Shown here one piece after another: positions 18,733 through 28,274 of a DNA stretch of 64,000 nucleotides. Numbering within the stretch: the stretch's first letter is position 1; each line of letters starts with the position of its first letter. Source of the stretch: an uncultured Actinomycetota bacterium (GTDB lineage: Bacteria > Actinomycetota > Acidimicrobiia > Acidimicrobiales > RAAP-2); assembly GCA_963844575.1 (NCBI GenBank), contig CAWJOU010000005.1, forward strand, positions 767,556 through 831,555, in the 5' to 3' direction. The translations under genes and the position numbers were made by a program. The notes beneath the pieces are model-generated. The model did not search any database and had not been told where the DNA came from. It worked only from the letters and a program-made list of their open reading frames with translations.

Positions 18733-20001
18733 ATGAGCCGGTACATGGTGATCTCGTCCGACTGCCACGCCGGGCTGCCTAACGAGGCCTACCGGGAATG
18801 GCTCGACCCGGCGTACCGGGACACCTTCGACCAGGCCCTCGCGGCCCGGGTGGCGATGGAGGCCGAGCTGGCCGAGCGCGGCCTCCGCAACCCCGAGTTC
18901 GCCGAGGAGTGGGAGGAGGAGAACGCCGATGGGCTCCGCGGCGGCTGGGAGGCGGAGCGGCGCGACCGCGAGCTCGACGCCGACGGCGTCGTCGGCGAGG
19001 TCATCTTTCCCGACGCCGACGCGGTCACCGGCGGCGCGTCCGCGCCGTTCGGGGCCGGCCTCGGTGCCAGCGCCGACGTGCCGATCGAGCTGCTGCTCGC
19101 CGGGGCCCGGGCCCACAACCGTTGGCTGGCCGAGCTCTGCGCGGCCAGCCCGGCCCGCCGGGCCGGCGTGGCGCTCGTCCCGCTCTTCGACGTCGACGCC
19201 GCGGTCGCCGAGATCACCCGGGCCGCGGCGTCCGGCCTGCGCGGCGGCATCCTCATCCCGTCGATGTGGCAGCCGCACGAGCCGTACCACGACAAGAAGT
19301 ACGACCCGGTCTGGGCCGCCTGCTCCGACCTCCAGATGCCTGTCCACGTCCACTCCGCGGCGGCCGACCGTGAGGCCTACGGCGAGCACGTCGGCCTCTA
19401 CATCGCCGAGGTCCGGTGGTGGTCGACCCGGCCGCTGTGGTTCCTGCTCTGGTCCGGCGTCTTCGAGAGGTTCCCCGACCTGACGTTCGTCACCACCGAG
19501 TGCGGCGCGTTCTGGGTGCCCGACCTGCTCTGGTCGTCCGACATCGTCTACGACCGCGAGCACGCGGCCAAGAAGCTCGGGTCCCAACTGACGGCCCACC
19601 TGCCGATGCGGCCGAGCGAGTACTTCGACCGGAACTGCTTCATCGGCGCGTCGAACACCCGCCGGCGGGAGCTGGCCCGCCGCTACGAGATCGGCGTTCC
19701 CAACCTCATGTGGGGCAACGACTTTCCCCATCCCGAGGGGACGTGGCCACACACGAAGGAGTGGCTGCGCAACGCCTTCCACGACATCCCGGTCGACGAG
19801 ACCCAGCAGATCCTCGGAGGCAACGCCGCCGACTGCTACCACTTCGACACCGACGCGCTGCGGCCGCTCGCCGACCGGTTCGGGCCGACGCCCGAGGAGC
19901 TCGGTCAGGTCGACCAGGATCTTGGCAAGTGGGCCGACCTGGCCGCCGCCGGCCGGCCCTGGCTGACCGGCAAGGAAGCGCTCGACCTCCCGATCGGCTG
20001 A
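18733..20001 (+). CDS. amidohydrolase family 2 protein (paralog of 15582..16808)
   Basis: MVISSDCHAG and WGNDFPHPEG motifs, with the same layout as the upstream paralog. Confidence 0.8.
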   Translation: MSRYMVISSDCHAGLPNEAYREWLDPAYRDTFDQALAARVAMEAELAERGLRNPEFAEEWEEENADGLRGGWEAERRDRELDADGVVGEVIFPDADAVTGGASAPFGAGLGASADVPIELLLAGARAHNRWLAELCAASPARRAGVALVPLFDVDAAVAEITRAAASGLRGGILIPSMWQPHEPYHDKKYDPVWAACSDLQMPVHVHSAAADREAYGEHVGLYIAEVRWWSTRPLWFLLWSGVFERFPDLTFVTTECGAFWVPDLLWSSDIVYDREHAAKKLGSQLTAHLPMRPSEYFDRNCFIGASNTRRRELARRYEIGVPNLMWGNDFPHPEGTWPHTKEWLRNAFHDIPVDETQQILGGNAADCYHFDTDALRPLADRFGPTPEELGQVDQDLGKWADLAAAGRPWLTGKEALDLPIG

Positions 20002-20052
20002 CCTCGGACGGGTTACCGACGGCGGCCGGTGAGGGGTGGGGCCCCGAGCGGA

Positions 20053-21273
20053 CTAGCGACTGAGCAGGTCCCGGGCGATGTGGGTGACCTGGATCTCGTC
20101 GGTGCCGGCGTAGATCTGGAAGACCTTGGCGTCGCGGGCGAGCTGCTCGACCCGGAACTCGGACATGTAGCCGTTGCCGCCGAAGAGCTGGACGGCCTCC
20201 ATGGCGACGTCCGACGCGGCCTGGGCGGAGTAGAGCTTCATCGCTGACGCCTCGGCCAGCGTCAGGCTCTTGCCGGCGGCGGCCATCTCGATGTGGCGGA
20301 AGACGAGGTTCTCGACGTTCAGCCGGGCGACCTCCATGCGGGCGAGCTTCAGCTGGATGAGCTGGAAGTCGCCGATCGGCTTGTCCCACAGCAGCCGGTC
20401 CTTGGCGTACGCGACCGACAGCTTCAGGCACTCCTCGATGACGCCGAGGGCCATGGCGGCGACACCGGCCCGCTCGGTCACGAAGTTGTCCTTGGCGCTC
20501 TGCCGGCCACTGCCACCGGACTCGTCTTCGGTCTCGCCCAGTAGTCGGTCCCGGCCGACTCGGACGTCGGTCAGGAACAGCTCGCCGGTCGGGGAGGAGT
20601 GGAGACCCATCTTGCGGAAGGGCTTGGACTGCTCCAGGCCGTCCATGCCCCGGTCCAGCACGAACGTCAACACCTTGCGGTTGCGTGGGTCGGTCCCGCT
20701 ACCGTCGTCGAGCTTGGCGTAGAAGACGATCGTGTCCGCGTACGGGCCGTTCGTGATGAACGTCTTGTTCCCGTTGAGGACGTACTCGTCACCGTCGCGC
20801 CGCGCCGTCGCCTTCATCCCACCGAGCGCGTCGGAGCCGGAGCTCGGCTCCGTGATGGCCCACGCGCCGATCTTTTCCAGCGTGAGCAGGTCGAGGCCCC
20901 ACCGCTCCATCTGCGCCGGCGTGCCCCGCTTCATGACGGTGCCGGCGGCCAGTCCGGTCGAGACGCCGAGGGCGGTGACGATGCCGGGGCAGTGGTGGCA
21001 GAGCTCGATGATCGGGATGAGCGTCATCGCCGCCTGGCTGTCGCCGCCACGTCGTTTCGGCGGTGGCGCCCCCTCCCTCTTGCGCTCCACGGCCCGCGTA
21101 AAGCCTTCCCGGGCCAGCTGGTCGAGGCCGAAGGTGGTGTAGAGCTTGCGGATGACGTCGTACGGCGGCGTGTCGCCGTGCTCGAGCTCATCGATGTTCG
21201 GCGCGATCTCGTCGGCCACGAATCGCCGGACCGCGTCGCGGATGGCCAGTTGCTCTTCCGACCACTCGAACAT
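20053..21273 (-). CDS. acyl-CoA dehydrogenase
   Basis: Full-length ACAD pattern (ITEPSSGSDA, FITNGPYADT, C-terminal QIYAGTDEIQ). Confidence 0.9.
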   Translation of the reverse strand: MFEWSEEQLAIRDAVRRFVADEIAPNIDELEHGDTPPYDVIRKLYTTFGLDQLAREGFTRAVERKREGAPPPKRRGGDSQAAMTLIPIIELCHHCPGIVTALGVSTGLAAGTVMKRGTPAQMERWGLDLLTLEKIGAWAITEPSSGSDALGGMKATARRDGDEYVLNGNKTFITNGPYADTIVFYAKLDDGSGTDPRNRKVLTFVLDRGMDGLEQSKPFRKMGLHSSPTGELFLTDVRVGRDRLLGETEDESGGSGRQSAKDNFVTERAGVAAMALGVIEECLKLSVAYAKDRLLWDKPIGDFQLIQLKLARMEVARLNVENLVFRHIEMAAAGKSLTLAEASAMKLYSAQAASDVAMEAVQLFGGNGYMSEFRVEQLARDAKVFQIYAGTDEIQVTHIARDLLSR

Positions 21274-21370
21274 CAGCGGCCCCCCTTTTCGCTCGACTGC
21301 GGTGCGGTGCCCTGGACCTCGTTCGTCCTGGGTCTTGGGTCCTAGGTGCTCGGTACTCGGTGCTCGGTGC

Positions 21371-21970
21371 TCAGGCGTCCTCGTGGCGAGAGACCTCGCC
21401 GTGCTCCTCGGGTGGGTCGACGCGGACGAGCGTGTTGCGGTCGGTGTGGCGCATGACCTCGGCCAGGCGACCGTGCTCGATGACGGTCGTCTCGTCGTAC
21501 GAGAACGTCCCGTCGCCGATCGTCAGCGTCAGCTCGTAGTCGCTGGTCCGGGCCTGCGCGGCGAGGAACCGGTTGGAGAGGATGCCGTACGTCTCCGAGC
21601 CGCACTTCGCCGTCATGCGCAAGGTCGTGTCGCCCGGCGCGGCCTCACCGCCGGCCAGGATGACGGTGCCGCGGGGCACCATGAAGCAGCGCATGACCTG
21701 GCCCTCGGCCGCATCCCACAGCCAGTAGCCGACCTCGGTGTGGAACGGGTTCTCCTCGTCGTCCCGCCAGGCGGCCGTCCGGTAGTCGAGGCCGTAGAGC
21801 ACCTGCCGGCCGTTCTCGACCGGTCCGAACGGGTTGAACGTCGTCTTCTCGCGGTACGGCGTCTCGCCGATCTCGCCCTTCTCGTTGGAGAACGCCACGT
21901 CGAGGCCCTGGTCGCCTTCCCAGGTCCCCTGCAAGCCGGCCAGCGGGCCCAGCTCCTTGCCCAGCGCCAT
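21371..21970 (-). CDS. nitrobindin-like heme-binding beta-barrel (FABP/THAP4-like) protein
   Basis: N-terminal LAGLQGTWEG and a beta-barrel-type repeat pattern. Call made by recollection of the family. Confidence 0.6.
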   Translation of the reverse strand: MALGKELGPLAGLQGTWEGDQGLDVAFSNEKGEIGETPYREKTTFNPFGPVENGRQVLYGLDYRTAAWRDDEENPFHTEVGYWLWDAAEGQVMRCFMVPRGTVILAGGEAAPGDTTLRMTAKCGSETYGILSNRFLAAQARTSDYELTLTIGDGTFSYDETTVIEHGRLAEVMRHTDRNTLVRVDPPEEHGEVSRHEDA

Positions 21971-22021
21971 CAGTCCTCCTCGGTGTCTCGTGCCCCGCCG
22001 GGCCCACCCTACCGGGAGCGC

Positions 22022-22891
22022 TCAGCGGCTCTCGGCGTGCCGCTGGGTGCGGGCGACGACGATGCGGGAGGCGACGAGGAGCAGCAGGACGATGACCAGC
22101 AGCAGCAGCGCGGCGTCGTAGGAGAGGGCGTGGCCCGACTCGGTGGATGTGTTGTAGAAGGTCCACACCGGATAGGTCAGGTAGGAGAACTGGTGACCGC
22201 CGATGAACGACCCTGTCCAGATGCTGCCGCTCCACCCGGCGGTGTAGAGCAGCGGGGCAGTCTCGCCGCAGGCGATGGCCAGGGCGATGAGCAGGCCGGT
22301 GACGATGCCGGGCAGCGCCGTCTTGAGGATGACCTTGCGGAGCCCGTAGCCCATCGACATGCCGAGGGCCTCGGCGCCCTCCCGGTAGGCCGTCGGGACT
22401 TGGCGGACGGCGGTCTCGGTCGACTTGGCGATGTACGGCACGACCATGATCGACAGGATCAGCAGCGCTGGCAGGAGCGAGTAGCCCCAGTGGAGCCCTA
22501 CGACGAGCGCGACGTAGCCGACGTAGCCGAGGACGATCGACGGGAAGCCCGACAGCACGTCGGCGGCCGTCCGCACGACGCCGCCCCCGGCCTTCCCGCT
22601 CTTCCTCGGTCGGGCCAGCTCGGCCAGGTGGATGCCGGCCAGGACGCCGATGGTGCCGGCGATGAGCAGGACACCGACCATCAGGATGAGCGTGCCGATG
22701 ATGGCCCCTTCGAGGCCGCCGCTCGTTCCCTTGGTCGGCGTCCACAGCACGTCCCACTGCCAGTGGGGGACCGCCCGGGCGACGACGCCGCCGAGGATCC
22801 ACAGGGCCGGCCCGAGCACGAGGAGCAGTGCCAGGTACGTCCCGATCCGGAACGCGATCTCGAGCCCGCCGCGCCGCCGTGACCCTCTCAC
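22022..22891 (-). CDS. pstA: phosphate ABC transporter permease
   Basis: PstA signature region (VVPYIAKSTETAVRQVPTAYREGAEALGMS). GTG start. Confidence 0.9.
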   Translation of the reverse strand: MRGSRRRGGLEIAFRIGTYLALLLVLGPALWILGGVVARAVPHWQWDVLWTPTKGTSGGLEGAIIGTLILMVGVLLIAGTIGVLAGIHLAELARPRKSGKAGGGVVRTAADVLSGFPSIVLGYVGYVALVVGLHWGYSLLPALLILSIMVVPYIAKSTETAVRQVPTAYREGAEALGMSMGYGLRKVILKTALPGIVTGLLIALAIACGETAPLLYTAGWSGSIWTGSFIGGHQFSYLTYPVWTFYNTSTESGHALSYDAALLLLVIVLLLLVASRIVVARTQRHAESR

Positions 22892-22923
22892 CGCGTCAGG
22901 CCCACCGCGTCAGGCTCACGGCG

Positions 22924-24036
22924 TCAGGCCCCCCGGCCGACGGGGCCGCCGAGCCGGGACGTACGGTGGACGATGGCTCGGGCGGCCAGGTTCACGACGA
23001 CCGAGATGACGGCCAGGACCAGTCCGAGCTCGGCGAAGGTGGCGACCGCGAACCCGGTGCCGTCGGTCTGCGCGCCGTCGAGCTTGCTGACGATGGTGGC
23101 GGCGATGGTCGACATGGGCGAGTAGATGTTCGGCGCGACCTGGAAGATCGAACCGGCGATCATGGCCACGGCCATCGTCTCGCCGAGGGCGCGGCCCAGG
23201 CCCAACACGGTGGCGCCGATGATGCCGGAGCGGACCCAGGGGACGGTGATCCGGTTGGCCACCTCGAAGTCGGTCATGCCGAGGGCCTCACCACCCTCCT
23301 TGGGGAGGCGGGGGACCTGGCGGAAGAGGTCGGCGGTGGTCGAGCTGATGATCGGGACGATCATCAGGGCGAGGACCAGCCCGGCGGTCAGCAGGCCCTC
23401 GCCGTGGCCGACCGGGTTACGGAAGTAGCGGAGCACCGGGACGTCGGGCATGTGGTCGGCGACGATCGGGTAGACGTGCGCCGCCAGGAAGGGTCCGAAC
23501 GTCAGGATCCCCCAGAGGCCGATGACGACGCTCGGGATGCCGGCGAGCAGCTCCACCGCGAAGCCGAGCGGCCGGGAGATCCAGCGGGGCAACCGCTCGG
23601 TCAGGGCGAAGGCGCAGCCGACGGAGATCGGCAGGGCGATGACGACCGCGATGACCGACGTCTGGAGGGTCCCGGCGATCAGCGGCCACGCGCCGTACTC
23701 GGCCCCGATCGGGTGGGTGACGCCGTCGGTGTGGGTGACGCCGCCGTAGCCGCTGCCGGCGTTCCACGTCGAGCCGGTCAGGAACTTCCAGCCGTTCACC
23801 CGGATGGCCGGCGCGGCCTTGACCGCCAGGACCGCCAGGACGAAGACGAGCGCGGCCAGCGGCAGCATCACGGCGATGCGGCCGGCCCACCGCCAGACAC
23901 CACTCTCCGAGCGTCGCAGGAACTGCAACACGCGGCGGTGGGCCGCGCCCCCTCCCGGCACCGGCCCTGGTCCCGGCCGAAGAGGTGCAGGCGGGACCGC
24001 GGGCATCTCACCCGCGGTCCCGCCGACGACGCTCAT
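22924..24036 (-). CDS. pstC: phosphate ABC transporter permease
   Basis: PstC-like segments ([24 protein letters not shown]). The exact start is uncertain. Confidence 0.9.
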   Translation of the reverse strand: MSVVGGTAGEMPAVPPAPLRPGPGPVPGGGAAHRRVLQFLRRSESGVWRWAGRIAVMLPLAALVFVLAVLAVKAAPAIRVNGWKFLTGSTWNAGSGYGGVTHTDGVTHPIGAEYGAWPLIAGTLQTSVIAVVIALPISVGCAFALTERLPRWISRPLGFAVELLAGIPSVVIGLWGILTFGPFLAAHVYPIVADHMPDVPVLRYFRNPVGHGEGLLTAGLVLALMIVPIISSTTADLFRQVPRLPKEGGEALGMTDFEVANRITVPWVRSGIIGATVLGLGRALGETMAVAMIAGSIFQVAPNIYSPMSTIAATIVSKLDGAQTDGTGFAVATFAELGLVLAVISVVVNLAARAIVHRTSRLGGPVGRGA

Positions 24037-24092
24037 GTGTGCCTACTGACCTTTGCGGTTAGTGCCTTGCGGTTAGTGGTGGCCCGGTGGCC

Positions 24093-25205
24093 CTACTTGA
24101 CCTTCAGGATCTGCTTGATCGAGCCGGCCTCGACCTTGCTGGGCAGCGGCTGGAAGTTCACCTGGGACAGGTAGGTCGGGCTGTTGCCGAGCTTCGGGTT
24201 GACCGCCCACTCGAGGACGGACCGGATGTTCTTGGCCGTCGACGCTGTCGACTGCTTCGCGTTCACGATCCCGTACTCGTAGTTGATGATCGGGTAGCCC
24301 TGTTTGGCGGGGCCGTAGATGAGCGAGATCGTCCCGTTGGCCGGCGTCTTGCCGGCGAACGACGCCGCCTCGGCGGCGATCGATCCCTGGCTCGGCAGCA
24401 CGTACTGGCCCGACGCGTTCTGCAGCTCGGCGTAGCTCGCGCCGGCCTGCAGGACCTGCGTCAGGTAGCTGATGCCGACATAGGCCACACAGCCCGGGGT
24501 CGCCTTGCAGCCGGCGACCATGCCCGAGTTGCCGGTCTCGGCCAGCGCACCGGGGACGTTCGGCCAGCTGACTGTGGTGTTGTAGGCGATCGTGCTGCCC
24601 CAGCCCGACGGTGTCGCCTTCGACAGGTAGGAGGTGAACAGGAAGGTGTCACCGCTGGAGTCGGCCCGGTGCAGGGTGACGATCGGGAGGGTCGGCAGCT
24701 TGACGCCCGGGTTCAGCTTGGCGATGGCCGAGTTGCTCCATGTCGTGATCTTGCCCTGGTAGATCTGGGCCAGCAGCTTGCCGCTCAGCTTCAGGTGGGC
24801 GGTCACTCCCGGCACGTTGTAGGCGATGAGCTGGGCCGAGATGGCCAGCGGGATGTTCTCCAGCGTCGGCGTGGCCTGCAGCTCGCTTGTCGAGAGGTAG
24901 GCGTCGGAGGCGCCGACATCGGCGGTGCCGTTGGAGGCGTCGGTGATGCCGGTCCCCGACCCGGTGCTGGCCGTCTGGATCGTCAGCTGCGAGTACGTCT
25001 GGTTGTAGCCCGACACCCACAGGTTGAAGAGCGGGTACAGCAGGCTGCTCCCGGTCTCGCTGACGGTGCCGCTCGACGGGGTCTCGACCCCACTCGCTGG
25101 CAGCTTGACCGACGCAGCGCCGGCGGGCAGGGCTACGACGAGGCTGAGCACAGCCCCGCCGATCACGGCCGGAACGAGACGCTTGGCTCGGGAGGTCCGA
25201 GTCAC
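24093..25205 (-). CDS. pstS: phosphate ABC transporter substrate-binding protein
   Basis: Signal peptide, then GSSLLYPL...ASTGSGTGI...GASDAYL. GTG start with AAGGAGGAAG upstream. Confidence 0.9.
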   Translation of the reverse strand: MTRTSRAKRLVPAVIGGAVLSLVVALPAGAASVKLPASGVETPSSGTVSETGSSLLYPLFNLWVSGYNQTYSQLTIQTASTGSGTGITDASNGTADVGASDAYLSTSELQATPTLENIPLAISAQLIAYNVPGVTAHLKLSGKLLAQIYQGKITTWSNSAIAKLNPGVKLPTLPIVTLHRADSSGDTFLFTSYLSKATPSGWGSTIAYNTTVSWPNVPGALAETGNSGMVAGCKATPGCVAYVGISYLTQVLQAGASYAELQNASGQYVLPSQGSIAAEAASFAGKTPANGTISLIYGPAKQGYPIINYEYGIVNAKQSTASTAKNIRSVLEWAVNPKLGNSPTYLSQVNFQPLPSKVEAGSIKQILKVK

Positions 25206-25220
25206 AGGTACTTCCTCCTT

Positions 25221-25270
25221 GTGGATTGGGATGGTGTGGATTGGGATGGTGTGGATTGTCGTGCGGATTG
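25221..25270 (-). promoter_or_regulatory. direct-repeat array immediately upstream of the pstS Shine-Dalgarno (candidate Pho-type operator)
   Basis: GTGGATTGGGATGGT occurs twice in tandem, followed by GTGGATTGTCGT and GCGGATTG. That gives four GYGGATTG cores in 50 nt between pstB and pstS. Confidence 0.35.
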
Positions 25271-25342
25271 CTCAGCACCCGTCGGGTCGACAGATGCCGG
25301 TGCTGCCATTACCGAACGGCCGGTTCACCGCCGACCGGCCGT

Positions 25343-26086
25343 TCAGCCCATGCGGCCGGTGACGTACCGCTCGGTCTGTGGGTTCTTCGGGCTCTCGAAG
25401 ATCTGCTCGGTCGCCCCGTGCTCGACGAGCTGGCCGTCGTAGAAGAACATCGTGTTGTGGGCCACCCTCCGGGCCTGGCCGAGGTTGTGGGTGACGACGA
25501 TCAGCGTGAGCGCCGGCGCCATCTCCCGGACGAGGGCCTCGACGTACTCGGTCGAGATCGGGTCGAGGGCGGACGTCGGCTCGTCGAGGAGCAGCACCTC
25601 CGGCCCGACGGCCAGCGCCCGGGCCAGGCAGAGCAGCTGCTGCTGGCCACCGGACAGCCGGAACGGCGAATCGCCGAGGCGGTCCTTGACCGCGTCCCAC
25701 AGCCCGACCTCGCGGAGCCGCTGCTCCGCGACGACGTCCAACTGTTTGCCCTTGGCGATCCGGTGGGCCTTGACGCCGGCGACGACGTTGTCCCGGATGG
25801 ACATCGGGAACGGGTTCGGCCGCTGGAACAGCATGCCGACTCGCCGGCGCAGGGTCAGCAGATCCTGGGACGACGCCCAGATGCTCGTGCCGTCGAGGTG
25901 CACGTCGCCGGAGTACCGGAACCCCTGCACCTTGTCGTTCATGCGATTGAGCGTCCGCAGGAAGGTCGACTTGCCCGACCCGGTCGGACCGATCAGCGCG
26001 GTGATCGTCCCGCGGCCGAACTGCATGTCGATCTCCGACAGGATCGTCTTCTCACCGAACCGGAGCGTGAGGCCCTGAGACGCCAT
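25343..26086 (-). CDS. pstB: phosphate ABC transporter ATP-binding protein
   Basis: GPTGSGKSTFLRTLNRMND, LSGGQQQ, LLLDEPTSALDP. Start taken at MASQGLTL within track ORF 25343..26296. Confidence 0.9.
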   Translation of the reverse strand: MASQGLTLRFGEKTILSEIDMQFGRGTITALIGPTGSGKSTFLRTLNRMNDKVQGFRYSGDVHLDGTSIWASSQDLLTLRRRVGMLFQRPNPFPMSIRDNVVAGVKAHRIAKGKQLDVVAEQRLREVGLWDAVKDRLGDSPFRLSGGQQQLLCLARALAVGPEVLLLDEPTSALDPISTEYVEALVREMAPALTLIVVTHNLGQARRVAHNTMFFYDGQLVEHGATEQIFESPKNPQTERYVTGRMG

Positions 26087-26353
26087 GACGTGGGCCGGAC
26101 GGCCGCGGTCGGGGTCGAGGGCTTCGAGGAGCGGGTCGACGGCCGGTGGGGGCGGTGCGGGCCGGCTGCCGGTCGGGACTGCGGCCGCCTCCGGCCTGCC
26201 GACGCGGCCGTCGCCCTCCGTCTCTCGCTGCACGAAGACAGTCCTACTCTTCGTAGATGAACTCCCGGCAAACCGTCGGGAAACTCTTAGCGACACCGTA
26301 ACGAAATCTCTGCGGCAGCCACCCGACCAGGCACGGCGCGGCGGCGGCGAGGC

Positions 26354-27253
26354 TCAGTGCTCGGTGAGCTGCCGGTGCGCCGTTTCGACTGTGGCGATCA
26401 CCTTGCGGACGTCGACGACGACGAGGACCCAGAGGGCGGCGACGAGCGCGGTGAGCCCGATCCCCGCTGGCCGGCTGAAGGTCGTGGTGACCTCCGCGCC
26501 GATCGTCACGAGCGTCGTCGCCAAGTACAGCAGCCAGAAGCGGAGGACCCGACGCCGGCCCGGATGGCCCGGCGGCAGGCAGTCCCGGATCGCCTGGTAC
26601 GGACAGAAGAAGTTGGCGATGGGGATGAACCAGAAACCGACGCCCCACCCGGGCCGATGGGTGGCCGGCAGCCGCAGCCGTTGGGCCGCTTTCGCCGCCC
26701 GGTGCTGCCCGACGAGGAGGAGGATGGCCGCGGCGATCGACGCGAGGGAGACGAGGAAGAGGTACGGCGGGAAGGCGAGGGCCGACGGGACGGCCGGCGG
26801 CGGCTGGCCGGCGTGGCTGGCCGTGTTGATCTGGTGGAAGAAGTGGTCCCACCGGTGGTAGGTGCCGCCGTAGTGCAGGACGAGCACGAGGAGGTCGGCG
26901 ACGGAGAGCACGGCATACGCGACGACGGCCCACCGCCCCGTCGGGACCGCTCGCCGCTCGGCGTCGACCAACTGGCGGGCCACCGGGTCGAGACCGGCTC
27001 CCCACCAGCCCACGGTCGCGTCGCCCGGCTGGATCGACCCGGGTCCCGCCGGTCCGGGAACGCCCGCCGCGGGCACCGGCGGCGGCGGCGTCGTGTACGG
27101 CGTCCACCGGAAACCGTCCCACCATCGCTGCCCGCCGCTGCCGGCGGGGTCCGGGTACCAGCCGGGCGGCGGTCCGGAAGGAACGCCAGCGGCCGGCGGA
27201 CCGGCGGGAGGCGGGCCAGCGGCGGGCGGACCAGAGGCCGGCGGAACGGTCAT
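26354..27253 (-). CDS. membrane protein with a Pro-rich, DUF2510-like N-terminus and a DUF4328-like TM body
   Basis: The GWYPDPAGSGGQRWWDGFRWT motif is followed by several TM helices. Confidence 0.6.
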   Translation of the reverse strand: MTVPPASGPPAAGPPPAGPPAAGVPSGPPPGWYPDPAGSGGQRWWDGFRWTPYTTPPPPVPAAGVPGPAGPGSIQPGDATVGWWGAGLDPVARQLVDAERRAVPTGRWAVVAYAVLSVADLLVLVLHYGGTYHRWDHFFHQINTASHAGQPPPAVPSALAFPPYLFLVSLASIAAAILLLVGQHRAAKAAQRLRLPATHRPGWGVGFWFIPIANFFCPYQAIRDCLPPGHPGRRRVLRFWLLYLATTLVTIGAEVTTTFSRPAGIGLTALVAALWVLVVVDVRKVIATVETAHRQLTEH

Positions 27254-28146
27254 GCCGTACCCGACCGGCGGTCGTTCCGGCGGACGCCGAGCGCGTCGGC
27301 GAGCCGGGCGAGGGCGAGGATGTGGTCGTCGACGGTCCGGTAGCCGGCGGCCATCGTGTTCACGGAGAGGTGGCTGGCGCCGGCCAGCCGCCAGCGGTCG
27401 GCGTGGTGGCCGGCCCGGTCGGGATCGGTCGACGCGAAGATCTGGCCTTCGAACCCGATGGCGGCCGGGTCGCGGCCGGCGTCTCGAGCGGCCGCGGCGA
27501 TGATCTCGAGCGCCTCTTCGAGGCCGGCGCCCGGTCGGACCTGGGGGAACCAGCCGTCGGCCACCCGCCCGACCCGTTGCAGGGCCGGTGGGGCCATGGC
27601 GCCGAGCCAGATCGGGATGCCGCCGGCCGCGGGCCGCGGCGCGAGCCCAGCGGCGTTGACGGTGTGGAAACGGCCGTCGAACGTCACGGACTCCTCCGTC
27701 CAGAGTCGGCGGAGCAGGTGGACCTGTTCTTCGAGCCGGGCGGCGCGGTCGCCGAACGACTGCCCGAGCGCCTCGTACTCGACCCGGTTCCAGCCGATGC
27801 CGAGCCCGAGCCGGAGCCGGCCGCCGCCGGCCAACAGGTCGACCTCGGCCGCCTGCTTGGCGACGAGCGCGGTCTGGCGTTGCGGGCCGACGAGGATGCC
27901 GGTGGCGAAGTCGAGGGACGTGAACCCGGCGAGCCAGCCGAAGAGGACCAGCGGCTCGTGGAACGTGCTCGACAGGTCGTACAGGCCGTCCCAGTTGGCG
28001 TGGACGCGGGTGTCGGCCCCGAGGACATGGTCGTAGGCGACGACGTGGCGATAGCCGAGCCCGTCGGCCGCTTCGGCGAACGCCTTGACCCCACCGACGT
28101 CGTCACCGATCTCGGTCTGGGGGAAGACCACGCCGATCTGCATCAC
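27250..28146 (-). CDS. LLM-class F420-dependent oxidoreductase
   Basis: Luciferase-like monooxygenase pattern (RLRLGLGIGWNRVEYEALG). Confidence 0.8.
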   Translation of the reverse strand: MMQIGVVFPQTEIGDDVGGVKAFAEAADGLGYRHVVAYDHVLGADTRVHANWDGLYDLSSTFHEPLVLFGWLAGFTSLDFATGILVGPQRQTALVAKQAAEVDLLAGGGRLRLGLGIGWNRVEYEALGQSFGDRAARLEEQVHLLRRLWTEESVTFDGRFHTVNAAGLAPRPAAGGIPIWLGAMAPPALQRVGRVADGWFPQVRPGAGLEEALEIIAAAARDAGRDPAAIGFEGQIFASTDPDRAGHHADRWRLAGASHLSVNTMAAGYRTVDDHILALARLADALGVRRNDRRSGTA

Positions 28147-28274
28147 GAACTTCTAGCACCGAGCGGCGGCTTTCCGGGGCAGCGGCGCCAGGCGGGTGGC
28201 ACCGCGGGTGGCGGGGCCGCGGCCAGCGGGCACAGGCGGTCGCGTCGTTGCGGCCTGGCGGTACGGTGAGGAGC

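Noticed and set aside
25221-25270. A CRISPR array, considered for this and the other tandem repeats (14824, 21345, 22889, 36725, 62762..63496).
   Set aside because: The units are contiguous without spacers, are very short or lie within a coding sequence, and no cas genes are present.
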